This document shows positions 40,190-51,673 of a stretch of DNA of 64,000 nt, one piece after another. The stretch covers positions 1,344,001 to 1,408,000 of the forward strand of contig CBDBLO010000002.1 in the NCBI GenBank assembly GCA_965207075.1. Reading direction: 5' to 3'. The first letter of the stretch is position 1. Every line of letters begins with the position of its first letter. Source of the DNA: Nitrosopumilus sp. (GTDB taxonomy: Archaea > Thermoproteota > Nitrososphaeria > Nitrososphaerales > Nitrosopumilaceae). Made by a program: the position numbers and the translations under genes. Below the pieces are notes generated by a model. The model had not been told where the DNA came from. It worked only from the letters and a program-made list of their open reading frames with translations, and did no database searches.

Positions 40190-41563
40190 TCACGTACACA
40201 GCAGGAAGGAGGGAGCCGCGTCCCCGATGGTCTTTGCCGTCCTTTCCACCAGCATGTCGATCTCCGACGCGGTTATTGCAAGCGGAGGCACCAGCATTAC
40301 GACGTTCCCAAGCGTGCGCAGATACACGCCGTTTCTTCTGCCCGCCTCGTATATGATGCGGTTAATCGACGCCGCTGGACGCGCCGGATCGGCGGCGCTG
40401 CCCCTGCCGGCGGCCAGCTCGATTCCAGCCAACAGTCCCCTGCACCTGATCTCGCCGACGGCCTCCACGCCCGACAGGTGCTCGGCAATCCGGTCTGCCA
40501 GTACCTTTGAGGCCTTTGACACGTGGGATACCATGTCGTATTTCTTGTACATCGAAAGGTTCTTGTTTGCCGCCGCCGCCGCAATCGGGTTTCCCGCAAA
40601 CGTGTGGCCGTGGAACAGGTGACGCTGCTCGTCGTACGCGCCGAGAAACGATTCGTACACCCTTCTTGTGGCCAGGGTGGCCGCAAGCGGGAGGTACCCC
40701 CCCGTCAGCATCTTTCCGTACGCTACGATGTCCGGCTTTGAGCGCTCGGCCGAGTACACGCACATGGGCCCCAGCCTGCCAAATCCCGTGGCTACCTCGT
40801 CGACGATCAGCAGTATGTCGTTCTCCCTGCAGATGCCGCTGACCTCTTCTTGGAACGACGGCTCGAAGATCCGGGCGCCGCCGGCCATCTGGGCCCCGCT
40901 CTCCATTATCACGGCGGCAACCTCGCCCCTTCGGGCCGACAGGGTGTCGGATATGCCCTCGATGCACCGCTGCAGCGCATCTGGCGCCGGCGCCGTTGCC
41001 GCCGCCGCGCCGTTGCCGCCGCCGCCGCAGCTCACGCCGCCCTGCACCGGAACCGGCAGCTCTATTGCGTCAAACATGTGCTGCCTGTACCTGTCAAAGA
41101 ACTCCGGCACGTGCCCCGCCGACATGGCCCCGAACGTGTCGCCGTGGTATCCGCGCTCAAGAGACGCGATCGCAGTGCGCCCCGCATCCCCCTCGTTTGT
41201 CCAGTACTGGAACGCCACCTTTACCGCGGTCTCCACTGCCGACGAGCCGTTCTCAGAGTACAGCACGCGGTGCATTCCCGGCGACATGCCCACCAGGCCG
41301 CGGGCCAGTTTTTCTGCCGGCTCGTGGGTCAGGTTGAACAGGGGCGAGTGCTGCAGTTTTTCAGCCTGCCTCGCAATGGCGCGCACCATCTCCCCGTTGG
41401 AGTGCCCCCACACGTTGCACCACATGGAGGCGACCCCGTCCATCATCCTGAAGCCCTTTGAGTCCGTAAGCCAGACCCCGTCGCCCCGGGATATCGAGTC
41501 AAACACGTCCCACTCGGACATCTGCGTGTTTGGATGCCACACGTTTGATGCCCCCGGCCTCAT
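40190..41563 (-). CDS. bioA: Adenosylmethionine-8-amino-7-oxononanoate aminotransferase
   Basis: VWHPNTQM, SMWCNVWGH, YHGDTFGAMS, DEVATGFGR, GKMLTGGYLPL, FHGHTF.GNP. Confidence 0.95.
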   Translation of the reverse strand: MRPGASNVWHPNTQMSEWDVFDSISRGDGVWLTDSKGFRMMDGVASMWCNVWGHSNGEMVRAIARQAEKLQHSPLFNLTHEPAEKLARGLVGMSPGMHRVLYSENGSSAVETAVKVAFQYWTNEGDAGRTAIASLERGYHGDTFGAMSAGHVPEFFDRYRQHMFDAIELPVPVQGGVSCGGGGNGAAAATAPAPDALQRCIEGISDTLSARRGEVAAVIMESGAQMAGGARIFEPSFQEEVSGICRENDILLIVDEVATGFGRLGPMCVYSAERSKPDIVAYGKMLTGGYLPLAATLATRRVYESFLGAYDEQRHLFHGHTFAGNPIAAAAANKNLSMYKKYDMVSHVSKASKVLADRIAEHLSGVEAVGEIRCRGLLAGIELAAGRGSAADPARPAASINRIIYEAGRRNGVYLRTLGNVVMLVPPLAITASEIDMLVERTAKTIGDAAPSFLLCT

Positions 41564-41797
41564 GATGGATGGGCAGGCTCCCTCTTCCAATATAAACAGA
41601 ATTCTGCGCTGCTGCTGCTGCTGCCGTTACAATAGCAGTCGGGCGTGCCAGATACGGACGGGGGCAGGGCGCGCACGCCGCGCCAAGGCCGGTTTGCATG
41701 CCCGTAAAGCCCGGACGTGGCTCTCCCCCAATTGGACGGCGCCGCGGCTTTGGTGAGAAAAGTTTGGCAGCACGAAGCCTACCGATTGAGTCATTAA

Positions 41798-42589
<792 letters not shown>

Positions 42590-42592
42590 TCG

Positions 42593-43252
42593 TCAAGCCC
42601 CGAGTATGCGGAGCCTCCTTGAGCCGGCCCCCTCCGTGCTCGTGCAGTCAAGAAACTCCCGAATCTCTGCAAAGATGCGCGCAAAGCTGCCGCCGTCCCT
42701 TGTCACGACAAAGCTCCTTGCGCCGTACGGGCCGTCCTTCTCGGCCTCCTCGGGGAGCACCAGCCATACGTTGCCCGGCACCGGTTGCACCATCAGGGCC
42801 CCCCGCAGCGCGCCGCGTATTGCCGCGGCGTCCGCGGTCTTTGGCACGCATATCACGAGCGCCCTCCCCGGATCCTCCGCAAGCGTCTTCGCGTCGGGTA
42901 TCACAATGTCGAGATCCACACCGCCGTGGCGTATGTTCCTCTGGCTCCTTACGAGCATCCGGGTCAGCACATAGTGCATGATGCCGGTTGCAAGCACCCC
43001 CGATGCCATGCCGGGGGACTCGAAGAGTTCTGCAACGCTGCCGTGGCATGCGCGCACCATGTTCTGCGCGGCCGCGTCGGCCCTGCCTGCCGCCACCAGC
43101 CGCGGCACGGCATCCGACTTTTGTATGTGATCAAACAGGACGGCCTTTGCGCGGTCTGCAGCCTCGTCGCCTGCGGCCCGCAAGACTTCGTCCCCTTTTA
43201 TGCCACCATCGCCGCCGTCGCAGGCCTCGTGATCGTCCCCGCGTCCAGGCAT
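42593..43252 (-). CDS. Hypothetical protein
   Basis: About 219-aa ORF just downstream of HMG-CoA synthase; SQR...LDIVIPD motif. Confidence 0.7.
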   Translation of the reverse strand: MPGRGDDHEACDGGDGGIKGDEVLRAAGDEAADRAKAVLFDHIQKSDAVPRLVAAGRADAAAQNMVRACHGSVAELFESPGMASGVLATGIMHYVLTRMLVRSQRNIRHGGVDLDIVIPDAKTLAEDPGRALVICVPKTADAAAIRGALRGALMVQPVPGNVWLVLPEEAEKDGPYGARSFVVTRDGGSFARIFAEIREFLDCTSTEGAGSRRLRILGA

Positions 43253-43263
43253 TGCGGCAGCCG

Positions 43264-44658
43264 TCACCCGTTGTACCTGTAGTGGCGCTCGCCGCTTGAC
43301 TCCTTGTCCGTGTTTATTCCCACCAGGACGAACTCCCCCCTGCCGTCTGCCAGGGACTCCTCCGGACGCAGCTGGTTCTCGTGCAGCTGCACGTACTCGT
43401 CCCACGTGAGCTTGCGGCGGCTGCCAATCTCGGACTCCAGGTCCATCTCCTTTACGATCTCCTCGTATCCGCGCTGCACCACGCCGCTGAACACCATGGC
43501 GCTGCTTCCGCTCCCGTACGAGCCGAACCCGATGCGCCTGCCCTCCAGATCAACGCCCTTCTTGTACTCGAACTCCAGGCAGCTGCGGAACCCCAGGTAC
43601 AGCGACGCCGTGTACAGGTTGCCTATCATTCTGGACGCGACCAGGGAGCTTGCGAGCTTTGACTCGTAGACCTCCCGGTACTGCGCAGTCTCGGTGAACC
43701 GCCTCGTAAACTCCTTGTCCCTCTGCATAAAGTCCCTGTCGGCCAGCACCGACTCTATCGTGCCGCGCGGATCCTTCGGTATGGGCTCCTCCAGGCCTAT
43801 GTCCCGCAGCACCTCCCTCCACCTGGGCAGGTGGCGCCACTCGTGCCGCACCAGGTACGCGAGCGCCTTTTTGCCCATCTTGCTGTACGGCAGGTGCATG
43901 TTGATGTAGTCCATGTGGTCCAGTATGGTGCCTTCGGGGCCCACATCAATCAGCCCCGCGGTCCGGACCTTTTTCTTGTACGTCTCGAGCGCCTTTTTCA
44001 CCTGCATCATGTACAGCATGTTGGAGTACTCGCCGTGGACGATTGGCGTCTCCTTGCCAAACGGCCTGTAAAAGTCGTACTCGTCCTTTATCGACGTGGC
44101 CGTGACGCGCGGGTCAAAGGAGAGCAGCCTGGGCTCGTCGGAGAGCAGCATTACCACCGCCCCCGCCCCCTGGGTCATCTCGCCGCCGGACTCTAGGTCA
44201 TACTTTGCAATGTCCGACACCACCACCATGGCGTACTGGTCCTCGGACTCGCCTGCGCGTATCCAGTTCGTGTTGTCGTACAGCGCGTATGAGCCGCTCA
44301 CGCACGCAAACTTTGTCTCGACGCCGCCGCAGTGCTCAAAGGTGCCGGGCCCGTACACCTGCTCCAGCATGCCCACCACGTACGAGTTCATGGCCTTCGA
44401 CTCGTCAAACGACGACTCCGTGGAGACGTACAGCCTGCCGATGTCCGACGGTGAGAGGTTGTTCCTCTGCATTATCTTGAGGCACGCGTTTGCCGCGAGG
44501 CATGCTGGATCCTGGTCCGCGTCGACCATCGCCATCTGCGAGACGCCCAGTCCCTTCTCCAGCTTTACGGGGTCAAGTCCGCGCGCCGATGCAAAGTCCG
44601 ACGCGTCCAGGTACAGCCTCGGAATGTATATTGCAATGTCATCTATGCCCGCTGCCAT
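43264..44658 (-). CDS. Hydroxymethylglutaryl-CoA synthase
   Basis: STESSFDESKA, KFACVSG catalytic Cys, GEMTQGAGA, HLPY, GNLYTASL, GSYGSG. Confidence 0.95.
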   Translation of the reverse strand: MAAGIDDIAIYIPRLYLDASDFASARGLDPVKLEKGLGVSQMAMVDADQDPACLAANACLKIMQRNNLSPSDIGRLYVSTESSFDESKAMNSYVVGMLEQVYGPGTFEHCGGVETKFACVSGSYALYDNTNWIRAGESEDQYAMVVVSDIAKYDLESGGEMTQGAGAVVMLLSDEPRLLSFDPRVTATSIKDEYDFYRPFGKETPIVHGEYSNMLYMMQVKKALETYKKKVRTAGLIDVGPEGTILDHMDYINMHLPYSKMGKKALAYLVRHEWRHLPRWREVLRDIGLEEPIPKDPRGTIESVLADRDFMQRDKEFTRRFTETAQYREVYESKLASSLVASRMIGNLYTASLYLGFRSCLEFEYKKGVDLEGRRIGFGSYGSGSSAMVFSGVVQRGYEEIVKEMDLESEIGSRRKLTWDEYVQLHENQLRPEESLADGRGEFVLVGINTDKESSGERHYRYNG

Positions 44659-44986
44659 GCGCCTGATTCGTTCGGATTTACTAATAAGGCTTTGCGGTTT
44701 GCCCGCGCGGTGTTCGGGTGCGGCGTGGAATACCGCATATAATTACCGTATTATTGGCGCGGGGTTTGTCTTTGTTTGTTTATTTTTGCGCGTGCCAAAC
44801 ATGCGTTGCACAAAGGGGTTGTACGGCGCGTTGGCCGCAGCCGATCGGCGGCGCGGAGGGCCGCGGCACCTGCCTGCGGCATCCTGCGGCGTGCGCCTTT
44901 TTCCCATCCGCGAAAGTCGAAGGGGGTGCGCGAATGGCGCGGGTTTTTTGCGGCAGCAAGTGGTGTTTGGCCGACGGAGGCCGCGC

Positions 44987-45739
44987 CTACTGCAGGCCCG
45001 CGCCCGCAAGCTTGGCGTCAAACACGCCTGCAAAGAATTCGTACGGCTGCGCCCCCACCACCCGGCTGGCCTCGCCGTCGGGCCCTATCACAAAGAACGA
45101 CGGGGTGGCGGAGAGCCCGAGCGCCTTTGCGTCCCGGTTGCTTGCGAGTATGGCCGCGGAGTACGGCCTGTCCTGCATGCACTGCGCCCACTCGCCAAGG
45201 TCCAGCCCCGGCATCTCTGATGCAAATCCCTCGAGATTCTCATAGGACGCCCACCCGTTGTTCTCCCCCGTCCAGTTCTCGTACAGGACGTCGTGGTACT
45301 CCCAGAACAGTCCCTGGCCCCCGGCGCAGTGGGCCCCGTGCGAGGCCTCCACCGAGTCGGGCCCTATGATGTGGTAGTCCTTGAATATGATACGCACCTT
45401 GCCCGTATCCACATAGTCCTCCAGTATTCTGCCCTCCGTCTCGTGGAAGAAGACGTTGCAAAAGTGACACTGGTAGTCCCCGAACTCGACGAGCGTTATC
45501 GGGGCAGACGCGCTTCCCAGTATGGGCGAGCCGTTCTCAAGAAGCATTGATGCGGCGTTTGGTGTTTCATCCTGCTGTTGCTGCTGCATCACCCTGTCCG
45601 CGTCAGACGGAATCATGACGAGTACGTTGTCGTCCCCGCCGCCGTCCTCCACCACCCCCTGCAGGGCCAAAAACACCGCCACCGTAACTGCGGCCGTTAT
45701 GCCCGCGCCGATTCCGATTGACGGTCCGTGAATCAACAA
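44987..45739 (-). CDS. DsbA/thioredoxin-family membrane-anchored protein
   Basis: LG...APITLVEFGDYQCHFC, FWEYHD.LY, ATPSF. Confidence 0.92.
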   Translation of the reverse strand: MLIHGPSIGIGAGITAAVTVAVFLALQGVVEDGGGDDNVLVMIPSDADRVMQQQQQDETPNAASMLLENGSPILGSASAPITLVEFGDYQCHFCNVFFHETEGRILEDYVDTGKVRIIFKDYHIIGPDSVEASHGAHCAGGQGLFWEYHDVLYENWTGENNGWASYENLEGFASEMPGLDLGEWAQCMQDRPYSAAILASNRDAKALGLSATPSFFVIGPDGEASRVVGAQPYEFFAGVFDAKLAGAGLQ

Positions 45740-46094
45740 CCAAGGGCGCGGCGCGCGGTAAATTTAGACGTTGACTCCGTACCGGGGCCGCGAATGCGGC
45801 GGAGTCTGCAGACAATGCCCGGCCCCGGTACGGGCGCGCCCGGACGGGTCTGTCTGCACTTATGGCCGGCCATCCGCAGTTGAGCCCCCGCTGAAGTCCT
45901 GCAAAGTCCAAGCGAGGGTGTCAACTCAGAGGTGGACTGCCGCGCCAACTGCCGCTAGCATTCGCCCCTCAGCGCCCACGCGACACCACGAACTAGGCTG
46001 ACGCGCAAAACCTCCCGGCTATGAATGCGTGTCCGTTTGCCAGCAACAGATTGTTGAGCGGCACGGTGACAGGATTCGAGCCATATCAGGAAGG

Positions 46095-46603
46095 TCACAG
46101 GTCCCCATAAAGTTGGATTGCCATCTTTATTCGAGAGTATCCCGTATCGGACTTGGTAGGATGCTCGATCTCATTCCAGCGGATTTTTGACTTGCGGCGA
46201 ACCGCCAGCCTTTTCAGATCCTCAACGTCCGCGTCGCGTCCTGCCCTGAACTTTGAAACGATCAGCCCCTCCAAAGAGATGGCCTTGACTGTGGTTCCAT
46301 TCTTGTCCGCGGGAATTGCTGCCGCCGTTTCTACTATGTACTCCAGTGGAATGCAGTTCAGGTCCCGCTCATGGTAGACGTCAATTTTGAATCCCCCCGG
46401 CGTGTATTTCTTGTTTTTTAGGATTCGACTTTGTATCCCTTCTCCGAAAACTCCGCGTCGGTTATCCGTTCGATGACGACAAAATCAATACCCATCGATT
46501 GCCGTTGCCCATCGGCATGCAGCATGACTGCGACTGTCCCTACGAACGTCGCGCTCTCAAAATCCCTTGAAATACGTACGGCCTATCTAATGATCGGATT
46601 CAT
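46095..46603 (-). pseudogene. Disrupted AbiEii/DUF6036-like nucleotidyltransferase (putative toxin)
   Basis: Manual translation MNPIIR*AVRISRDFESATFVGTVAVMLHADGQRQSMGIDFVV...KVES*, then frameshifted ...FKIDVY...ISLEGLIVSKFRAGRDADVEDL...; in-frame TAG at codon 7 and frameshift near 46420. Confidence 0.75.
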
Positions 46604-47276
46604 TTGGCAACAAGTCCTCGCGAACTTTTGATATGACGTCCCCCGTAAATCTGACCTCGGTTTCTACCTCATCCCCGTGGGTCAGCATGATTGCAGCCGC
46701 GTCCATAAAGCTCCGCCCCCCGTTTGCCACGCAGTCAAGAAAGACCCTCTCGATCAAGTTTTCAAAGGAGCCGATCTTCGGAAGCAGCACCACGCGTCCC
46801 TTTTTTCCCTCCCGGAACCCGTGTCTTTTCAGGAGCCCGGAGACGTCCTCGACGCTGTCAACGTAGGCATGCAGGACAAGTGGGGTCTGAAACCCCGTCA
46901 GTGCGTAAGCCCCGTGGTCGAGCGTTATGATCGAGTCGGACGGAAGGTGTTTTTTTGCAAAATTGACGTCAGTCGGCGCGTAATGCCTCCCAAATCTTCT
47001 GGCTTTTTTGAGTGACAACAATGAGTGGATTATGCGCTGCAAAACAACGTATGGCTGGGATACGACCTCCCTTTTTATCGTGGCTTTGCCGCGCTTGTAA
47101 TCGGCCAGCCCCAGCTCTTCCAAGCGGGCCATCCTTTTTCTGATGGTGCTCTCCGACAAGCCGGTGGCGCCTTTCATGTCATTCAGGTCATAAACCGGAC
47201 TGGGGGGCAGCATTTGCGCAAACCCGATCGAGCTCATTGCTTTTTCAAGCATTGACGTGCATTCGCCCATACTCAT
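46587..47276 (-). CDS. wHTH plus AbiEi-like antitoxin / transcriptional regulator
   Basis: HTH ATGLSESTIRKRMARLEELGL; C-terminal GAYALTGFQTP...ERVFLDC; 17-nt overlap with the downstream nucleotidyltransferase; lower GC than flanks. Confidence 0.7.
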   Translation of the reverse strand: MSMGECTSMLEKAMSSIGFAQMLPPSPVYDLNDMKGATGLSESTIRKRMARLEELGLADYKRGKATIKREVVSQPYVVLQRIIHSLLSLKKARRFGRHYAPTDVNFAKKHLPSDSIITLDHGAYALTGFQTPLVLHAYVDSVEDVSGLLKRHGFREGKKGRVVLLPKIGSFENLIERVFLDCVANGGRSFMDAAAIMLTHGDEVETEVRFTGDVISKVREDLLPNESDH

Positions 47277-47784
47277 GTGATAATTATGATGTGCAGCATA
47301 TTTATAGTTCTGGTAAACTTAACTTTTTATATATATACTAGCACATGAAACCGGTTGCCAAAATCAAGCAACAGTATGCCGCCTGCGGCACGGCGAGGTC
47401 CTCCGGGACGTCCCTTGGGCAGGGCCGCTACTGCCTGACGCGCTTGGTGATGGTGTCGGACATCTTGGACATGTCTTCGACCGAGTGGCCCTGTTCGAGC
47501 ACCGCGCGTGCGGTCCCGCGGCCCGTATGTACTGTCCCATGTCCTCGTGCCTGCTTTACAACGCATGGACGACGGCCGCCGCCCTGCCGGCCGCGGCATG
47601 CCGCACGCCGAACATGCGCGGCAAGGCCCTGAAATGGACGTTCGCAACGGCGCTTGACAGGCTCTTGCTTGCTCCCGCGCTCAAGACCGAGCCACCACCG
47701 GAGCTGTCCTGGGCCTGTTTGTTGCGCTTTTGCGCTAGTTGCCCATGATCAAAACTGTATATTGCCCACAGTCCTGTACAGCGC

Positions 47785-49122
47785 ATGAGCTGCGGGGCCG
47801 GCGCTTTTCTGCGCGGACGTGTGGTCGGAACGTGTCGCCGTCGCCATGTCGCGCTGCTTGCTGCCTCCCTTGCAATAGTTGTAGCGGCCACGTCGCATGC
47901 CGGCGCCGCGTCGGCTTATGATGGCGATTATTATTACAATTATGGGTCGGATCAGAACGACGCGCCTGCCGACGACGTGCCCCGACAGCTGGTGATGCTG
48001 TCAGGGGAGCTTGCCACGTACGTTGACGCAAACGGCGTCTACACCATAACGGGCAACGTAAAGAACGGATACCCGTGGGATGCAAGGCCGCTGCTGTTCC
48101 TGCACGTCTCAGACGGGCCCCGCTCGTACGAGGTGGAGGTGCCGTACGGCGCGATACCGTCCGGAGGGGAGCTCCCGTTCAAGGTAAAGGTGCCCGGCGC
48201 GTCGCCGCACGCCGGGCTGGCCGGATACGACATGGAGTCCGCAGCCGGCGTCGCGCGTACGGCTACGCTTGACGTGCTGTACGACCACACCCTGGTGGTG
48301 CACCCCGGCGGGCACCTGTCCGGACTTGCGGTGAACTCCGGCAGCAGTACGCTGGAGGACCCGGTGCTGTGGGCCGTCGTCCACGGCGACGCCTCGGTGC
48401 TTGACGCGGCCCGCAGCGAGCCCCTCGGGCCAGTCGCGCCGGGGCAGATCGTCCCGTTTGAGATGCACGCGGACCCCTCGATCTCCGGCGTCTCGTACTA
48501 TAGCTGCTTTGCCCCCTCCTCGGACTCCGTGCACCCCCTGACGGCGCAGCGCGGCGACCAAAAGTACCTGATGCGGTACGAGTCAGGGGCCTGGCTTTAC
48601 AGGCCCGTCTTTGCAGAGGACGGCCTCAGCGTCGAGATACAGAGCACCAACAGCTACCCCTTTGAGACGTTTGCAACGGTGGAGATACCGCCCGTCACGC
48701 GCGGCGAGTCGTTTGAGGTGTACAGGAACGGCGAGTCCATCAACCACACGCAGCGCGTAGACGACATGGGGCTGTGGCACGTCTCCTTTGACGTGCGCGG
48801 CCACTCCCAGGACGTCTTTACGATACGCGGCTTTGAGCGGGGCGAGACGCTGCCTGCCCTGCTGGCCGACTACATACGGCAGGACATGTGGGCGTGGGCG
48901 GCCGGAGCTGCCCCGGACAGCGCGGTGTACACCTCGCTGCTGCTGCTCTCCGAGCACTCGCTGCTGCCAGAACCCCTGCCCCCGGACGAGCAGGCGGGGC
49001 CGTCCATACCGGACTGGGTTGCAACCCTTCTCACGTGGTGGGAGTTCGGCGAGGTCAGCGACGACGACGCCATGGCGGCCCTGTCGCACCTGATCGAGGC
49101 CGGGCTGATCAGGCCCGGCTGA
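47785..49122 (+). CDS. Secreted/surface protein with Ig-like (FxLYD-like) domains and a thaumarchaeal IPxWV...WW C-terminal domain
   Basis: Signal-like N-terminus, ITGNVKN, GELPF, SYYSC; C-terminal IPDWV....WW..G.VSDDD...AL.HLI..GLI; start uncertain. Confidence 0.75.
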   Translation: MSCGAGAFLRGRVVGTCRRRHVALLAASLAIVVAATSHAGAASAYDGDYYYNYGSDQNDAPADDVPRQLVMLSGELATYVDANGVYTITGNVKNGYPWDARPLLFLHVSDGPRSYEVEVPYGAIPSGGELPFKVKVPGASPHAGLAGYDMESAAGVARTATLDVLYDHTLVVHPGGHLSGLAVNSGSSTLEDPVLWAVVHGDASVLDAARSEPLGPVAPGQIVPFEMHADPSISGVSYYSCFAPSSDSVHPLTAQRGDQKYLMRYESGAWLYRPVFAEDGLSVEIQSTNSYPFETFATVEIPPVTRGESFEVYRNGESINHTQRVDDMGLWHVSFDVRGHSQDVFTIRGFERGETLPALLADYIRQDMWAWAAGAAPDSAVYTSLLLLSEHSLLPEPLPPDEQAGPSIPDWVATLLTWWEFGEVSDDDAMAALSHLIEAGLIRPG

Positions 49123-49236
49123 TGACCTGCGCGAGTCCCCCGTCCGGGATTCCCTGCGAGGCACTGCCGTCCCAGGGCGCATGCGCATCTGGGCGCGTGC
49201 AAACAGACTAAATATCCCACGCCCCGGTTCATCGGC

Positions 49237-50343
49237 ATGAAACGGGTCTTTGTAAACGGGTACGGCTCGATAGGGAGCAGGCTGGCGTCGTTCCTGCTAG
49301 ACGACCCGGAACTGGAGGTCACCGGGGTGGGCAAGCAGTCTCCGGACTCCAAGGTGGCAGAGGCCGCCTCGAAGGGAATCGACGTGTACGTGCCCGAATC
49401 CAAGCTGCCGGACTTTGAGGGGTACGGCGGCGTGAAGGGCACCATAAAATCGGCCCTTGCAAAGTCCGACATCGTGATAGACGCGTCGCCGGGCGGGTGC
49501 GGGTACGCAAACAAGACGCACCTCTACGAGCCGGGCGGCATACCTGCAATATACCAGGGCGGCGAGTCGGTAGAGGGGCCCGAGGCCGTGTCGGACCTGC
49601 TGTTCAACTCCCGGACCAATTACGACAGGGCGATAAACGCGAAACACGTCATGCAGGGGAGCTGCAACGTGACCGGGATGGGGCGCATGCTGGTGCCCCT
49701 GCACAACGCGTACGGGGACGGCATAAGCCGCGTCGACGTGACGCTGATCCGGAGGTGGGCCGACATCGAGCAGGCCGACAAAGAGGTTCCCGACACGATA
49801 GAGATGACCGAGGCGCCGCACCACGGCCGCGACGTCATGGCAACGTTTGGGGCAGGCAGCGGCAGCGGCGACACCGGAAAGGCCGCCCCGCCGCCCCCGT
49901 CCCAGCTGCACGTCAGGGCCGTAAAGGTGCCCACGCGGCAGATGCACCTGCACGTAATGGACGTGCGCTTCTCCCGCGAGGCGGCCGAGTCGGGCTCCGT
50001 GCCGGGCGCTGCAGAGCTGCACGGGCTTCTGGGGCGGGAGCCCGGGATCGCCATACTGCACGGGGCGAAGGGCACGGCCGAGATACGCGAGTGCGCGAGG
50101 AGGATGGGATTCAGCTTTGTCGATACAAACCTCGTGCACGTGCACGCGAACATGACTGAGGTGCACGGCGACACCATACAGATGATGTACTCGGACGACC
50201 AGACCGGCATCGTGATCCCGGAGAACCACATGCTGCTGCAGGCCATGGCCATGGGCCGGCCCTACGAGGAGGCCGCGGCCCACACGGAGAGGGTGTTCCA
50301 CATGGCAGAAAAGAAGCGCATCCTGCAGGAGACGTTTGCATAG
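49237..50343 (+). CDS. gap: Type II (archaeal) glyceraldehyde-3-phosphate dehydrogenase
   Basis: VFVNGYGSIG, YQGGE, GSCNVTG, RRWAD, HHG.D, VIPEN. Confidence 0.92.
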   Translation: MKRVFVNGYGSIGSRLASFLLDDPELEVTGVGKQSPDSKVAEAASKGIDVYVPESKLPDFEGYGGVKGTIKSALAKSDIVIDASPGGCGYANKTHLYEPGGIPAIYQGGESVEGPEAVSDLLFNSRTNYDRAINAKHVMQGSCNVTGMGRMLVPLHNAYGDGISRVDVTLIRRWADIEQADKEVPDTIEMTEAPHHGRDVMATFGAGSGSGDTGKAAPPPPSQLHVRAVKVPTRQMHLHVMDVRFSREAAESGSVPGAAELHGLLGREPGIAILHGAKGTAEIRECARRMGFSFVDTNLVHVHANMTEVHGDTIQMMYSDDQTGIVIPENHMLLQAMAMGRPYEEAAAHTERVFHMAEKKRILQETFA

Positions 50344-50371
50344 GCCGGCGCGCATAGGGTACGGGCGCGCG

Positions 50372-51673
50372 TCATGCGCCTCCGCCGCTGCCGCTTCTTG
50401 ACGCGGCGCCGCCTGCCGCCGCCTTTGCAGTCCTCTCTATCCGGACCTTTTGCGGGACGTTCCTCGAGGTCTTCTCGACTATGATGCGCAGCCCCCCCAC
50501 CTCCACCTTGTCGCCGGCCTGCGGTATGTCCTGCAGCTTCTCGTGCAGCAGCCCGCTGAGCGACGCATAGTCGTCGCCCATCGGGACGCTTGCCCCGAGC
50601 GCCTCGTTCACCGCGTCGATCTCGATGTCCCCGTCCGCGATTATGGTGTCCGCGTCGACGCGCGTGTACTTTGCGCGCCGCGCGGCGTCCGTCTCGTCCT
50701 CTATCTCGCCGACGATCTCCTCCAGCAGGTCCTCGAGCGTCACCAGCCCCTCCACGCCGCCGTGCTCGTCCACCACTATGGCCATGTGCGTCTGCCGCCC
50801 CTGCATCTCGCGCAAAAGGGCGCTTATCCTCTTCTCCTGCGACGCGAACACGGCCTCGCGCGATATCTTGTCGAGCCGTGTCATCTTGTTGTCGCGCTCC
50901 AGCTCCCTGAGCACATCCCTGACGTGGATGAAGCCCACGATGTCGTCCGCGGAGTCGCCGTATATCGGTATCCGGGAGTGTCCGCTGCGGTTGATCTCCG
51001 GGAGCGCCTCGAAGAGCATCATCCTCGCGTTTAGCGCGAACATCTTCGTGCGCGGCGTCATCACGGCGCGTATCACGGTGTCGTCAAAGTTCAGGGCCCC
51101 GTGGAGCATGTCGACCTCCTCCTTTTCCAGGGCCTTCTCCTTGCGGCCCTGCTCTATCACGCCCCGTATCTCCTCCTCGGTTATGGGGGGAGGGGAGTAG
51201 CTGCTGCCCGTCAGGCGCACCACGCGCTTCGTTATCATCTCAAAGAACTTTACCACGGGGTACAGCGCGTAGCTGAACCCGAGCAGGACGGGCGCGTACC
51301 TGAGCGCTATCTTTGCCGCGTTCGCGTTGCAGTACGTCTTTGGCGTGATCTCGCCGAATATCAGTATGAGGAAGGTCATCACCCCGATTGCGATCCCGAG
51401 CCCCTCGTTTCCAAACAGCCTGATTGCGACGCTGGTGGCAAGGGCCGAGGCCCCCACGTTGACCAGGTTGTTTCCAAGGTTGACGCTTGACATCATCCAT
51501 CCCGGGTTGGACTTTAGTCGGTGAAGCGCCCTTGAGCCCTTCTTGCCCTCCGAGAGCATCTGTTCCACGGCGGACATGCGGACGCCCACCAGGGCCACCT
51601 CGAGCCCGCTGAAGAACCCGGACAGTCCCAAGAGCGCCGCGAGCGCGGCGGCCTCGACCCAGATGTCTACCAT
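50372..51673 (-). CDS. Hemolysin/CNNM-family protein (DUF21-CBS-CBS-CorC)
   Basis: SGFFSGLEVAL, GNNLVN, FGEITPK, VMTPR, HSRIP, VVDEHGGVEGLVTLEDLLEEIVGEI. Confidence 0.95.
   Translation of the reverse strand: MVDIWVEAAALAALLGLSGFFSGLEVALVGVRMSAVEQMLSEGKKGSRALHRLKSNPGWMMSSVNLGNNLVNVGASALATSVAIRLFGNEGLGIAIGVMTFLILIFGEITPKTYCNANAAKIALRYAPVLLGFSYALYPVVKFFEMITKRVVRLTGSSYSPPPITEEEIRGVIEQGRKEKALEKEEVDMLHGALNFDDTVIRAVMTPRTKMFALNARMMLFEALPEINRSGHSRIPIYGDSADDIVGFIHVRDVLRELERDNKMTRLDKISREAVFASQEKRISALLREMQGRQTHMAIVVDEHGGVEGLVTLEDLLEEIVGEIEDETDAARRAKYTRVDADTIIADGDIEIDAVNEALGASVPMGDDYASLSGLLHEKLQDIPQAGDKVEVGGLRIIVEKTSRNVPQKVRIERTAKAAAGGAASRSGSGGGA

Noticed and set aside
46058-46086. GGATTCGAGCC resembling a tRNA T-loop or att site at the islet edge
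   Set aside because: The flanking bases do not form a T-stem or acceptor stem, and there is no matching copy on the other side
46583-46585. In-frame TAG as pyrrolysine or readthrough
   Set aside because: The same gene also has a frameshift and a mutated catalytic motif; no pyl genes seen
47345-47784. Short ORFs between the antitoxin and the secreted protein
   Set aside because: Conflicting frames with no motif; may be decayed sequence but cannot be called
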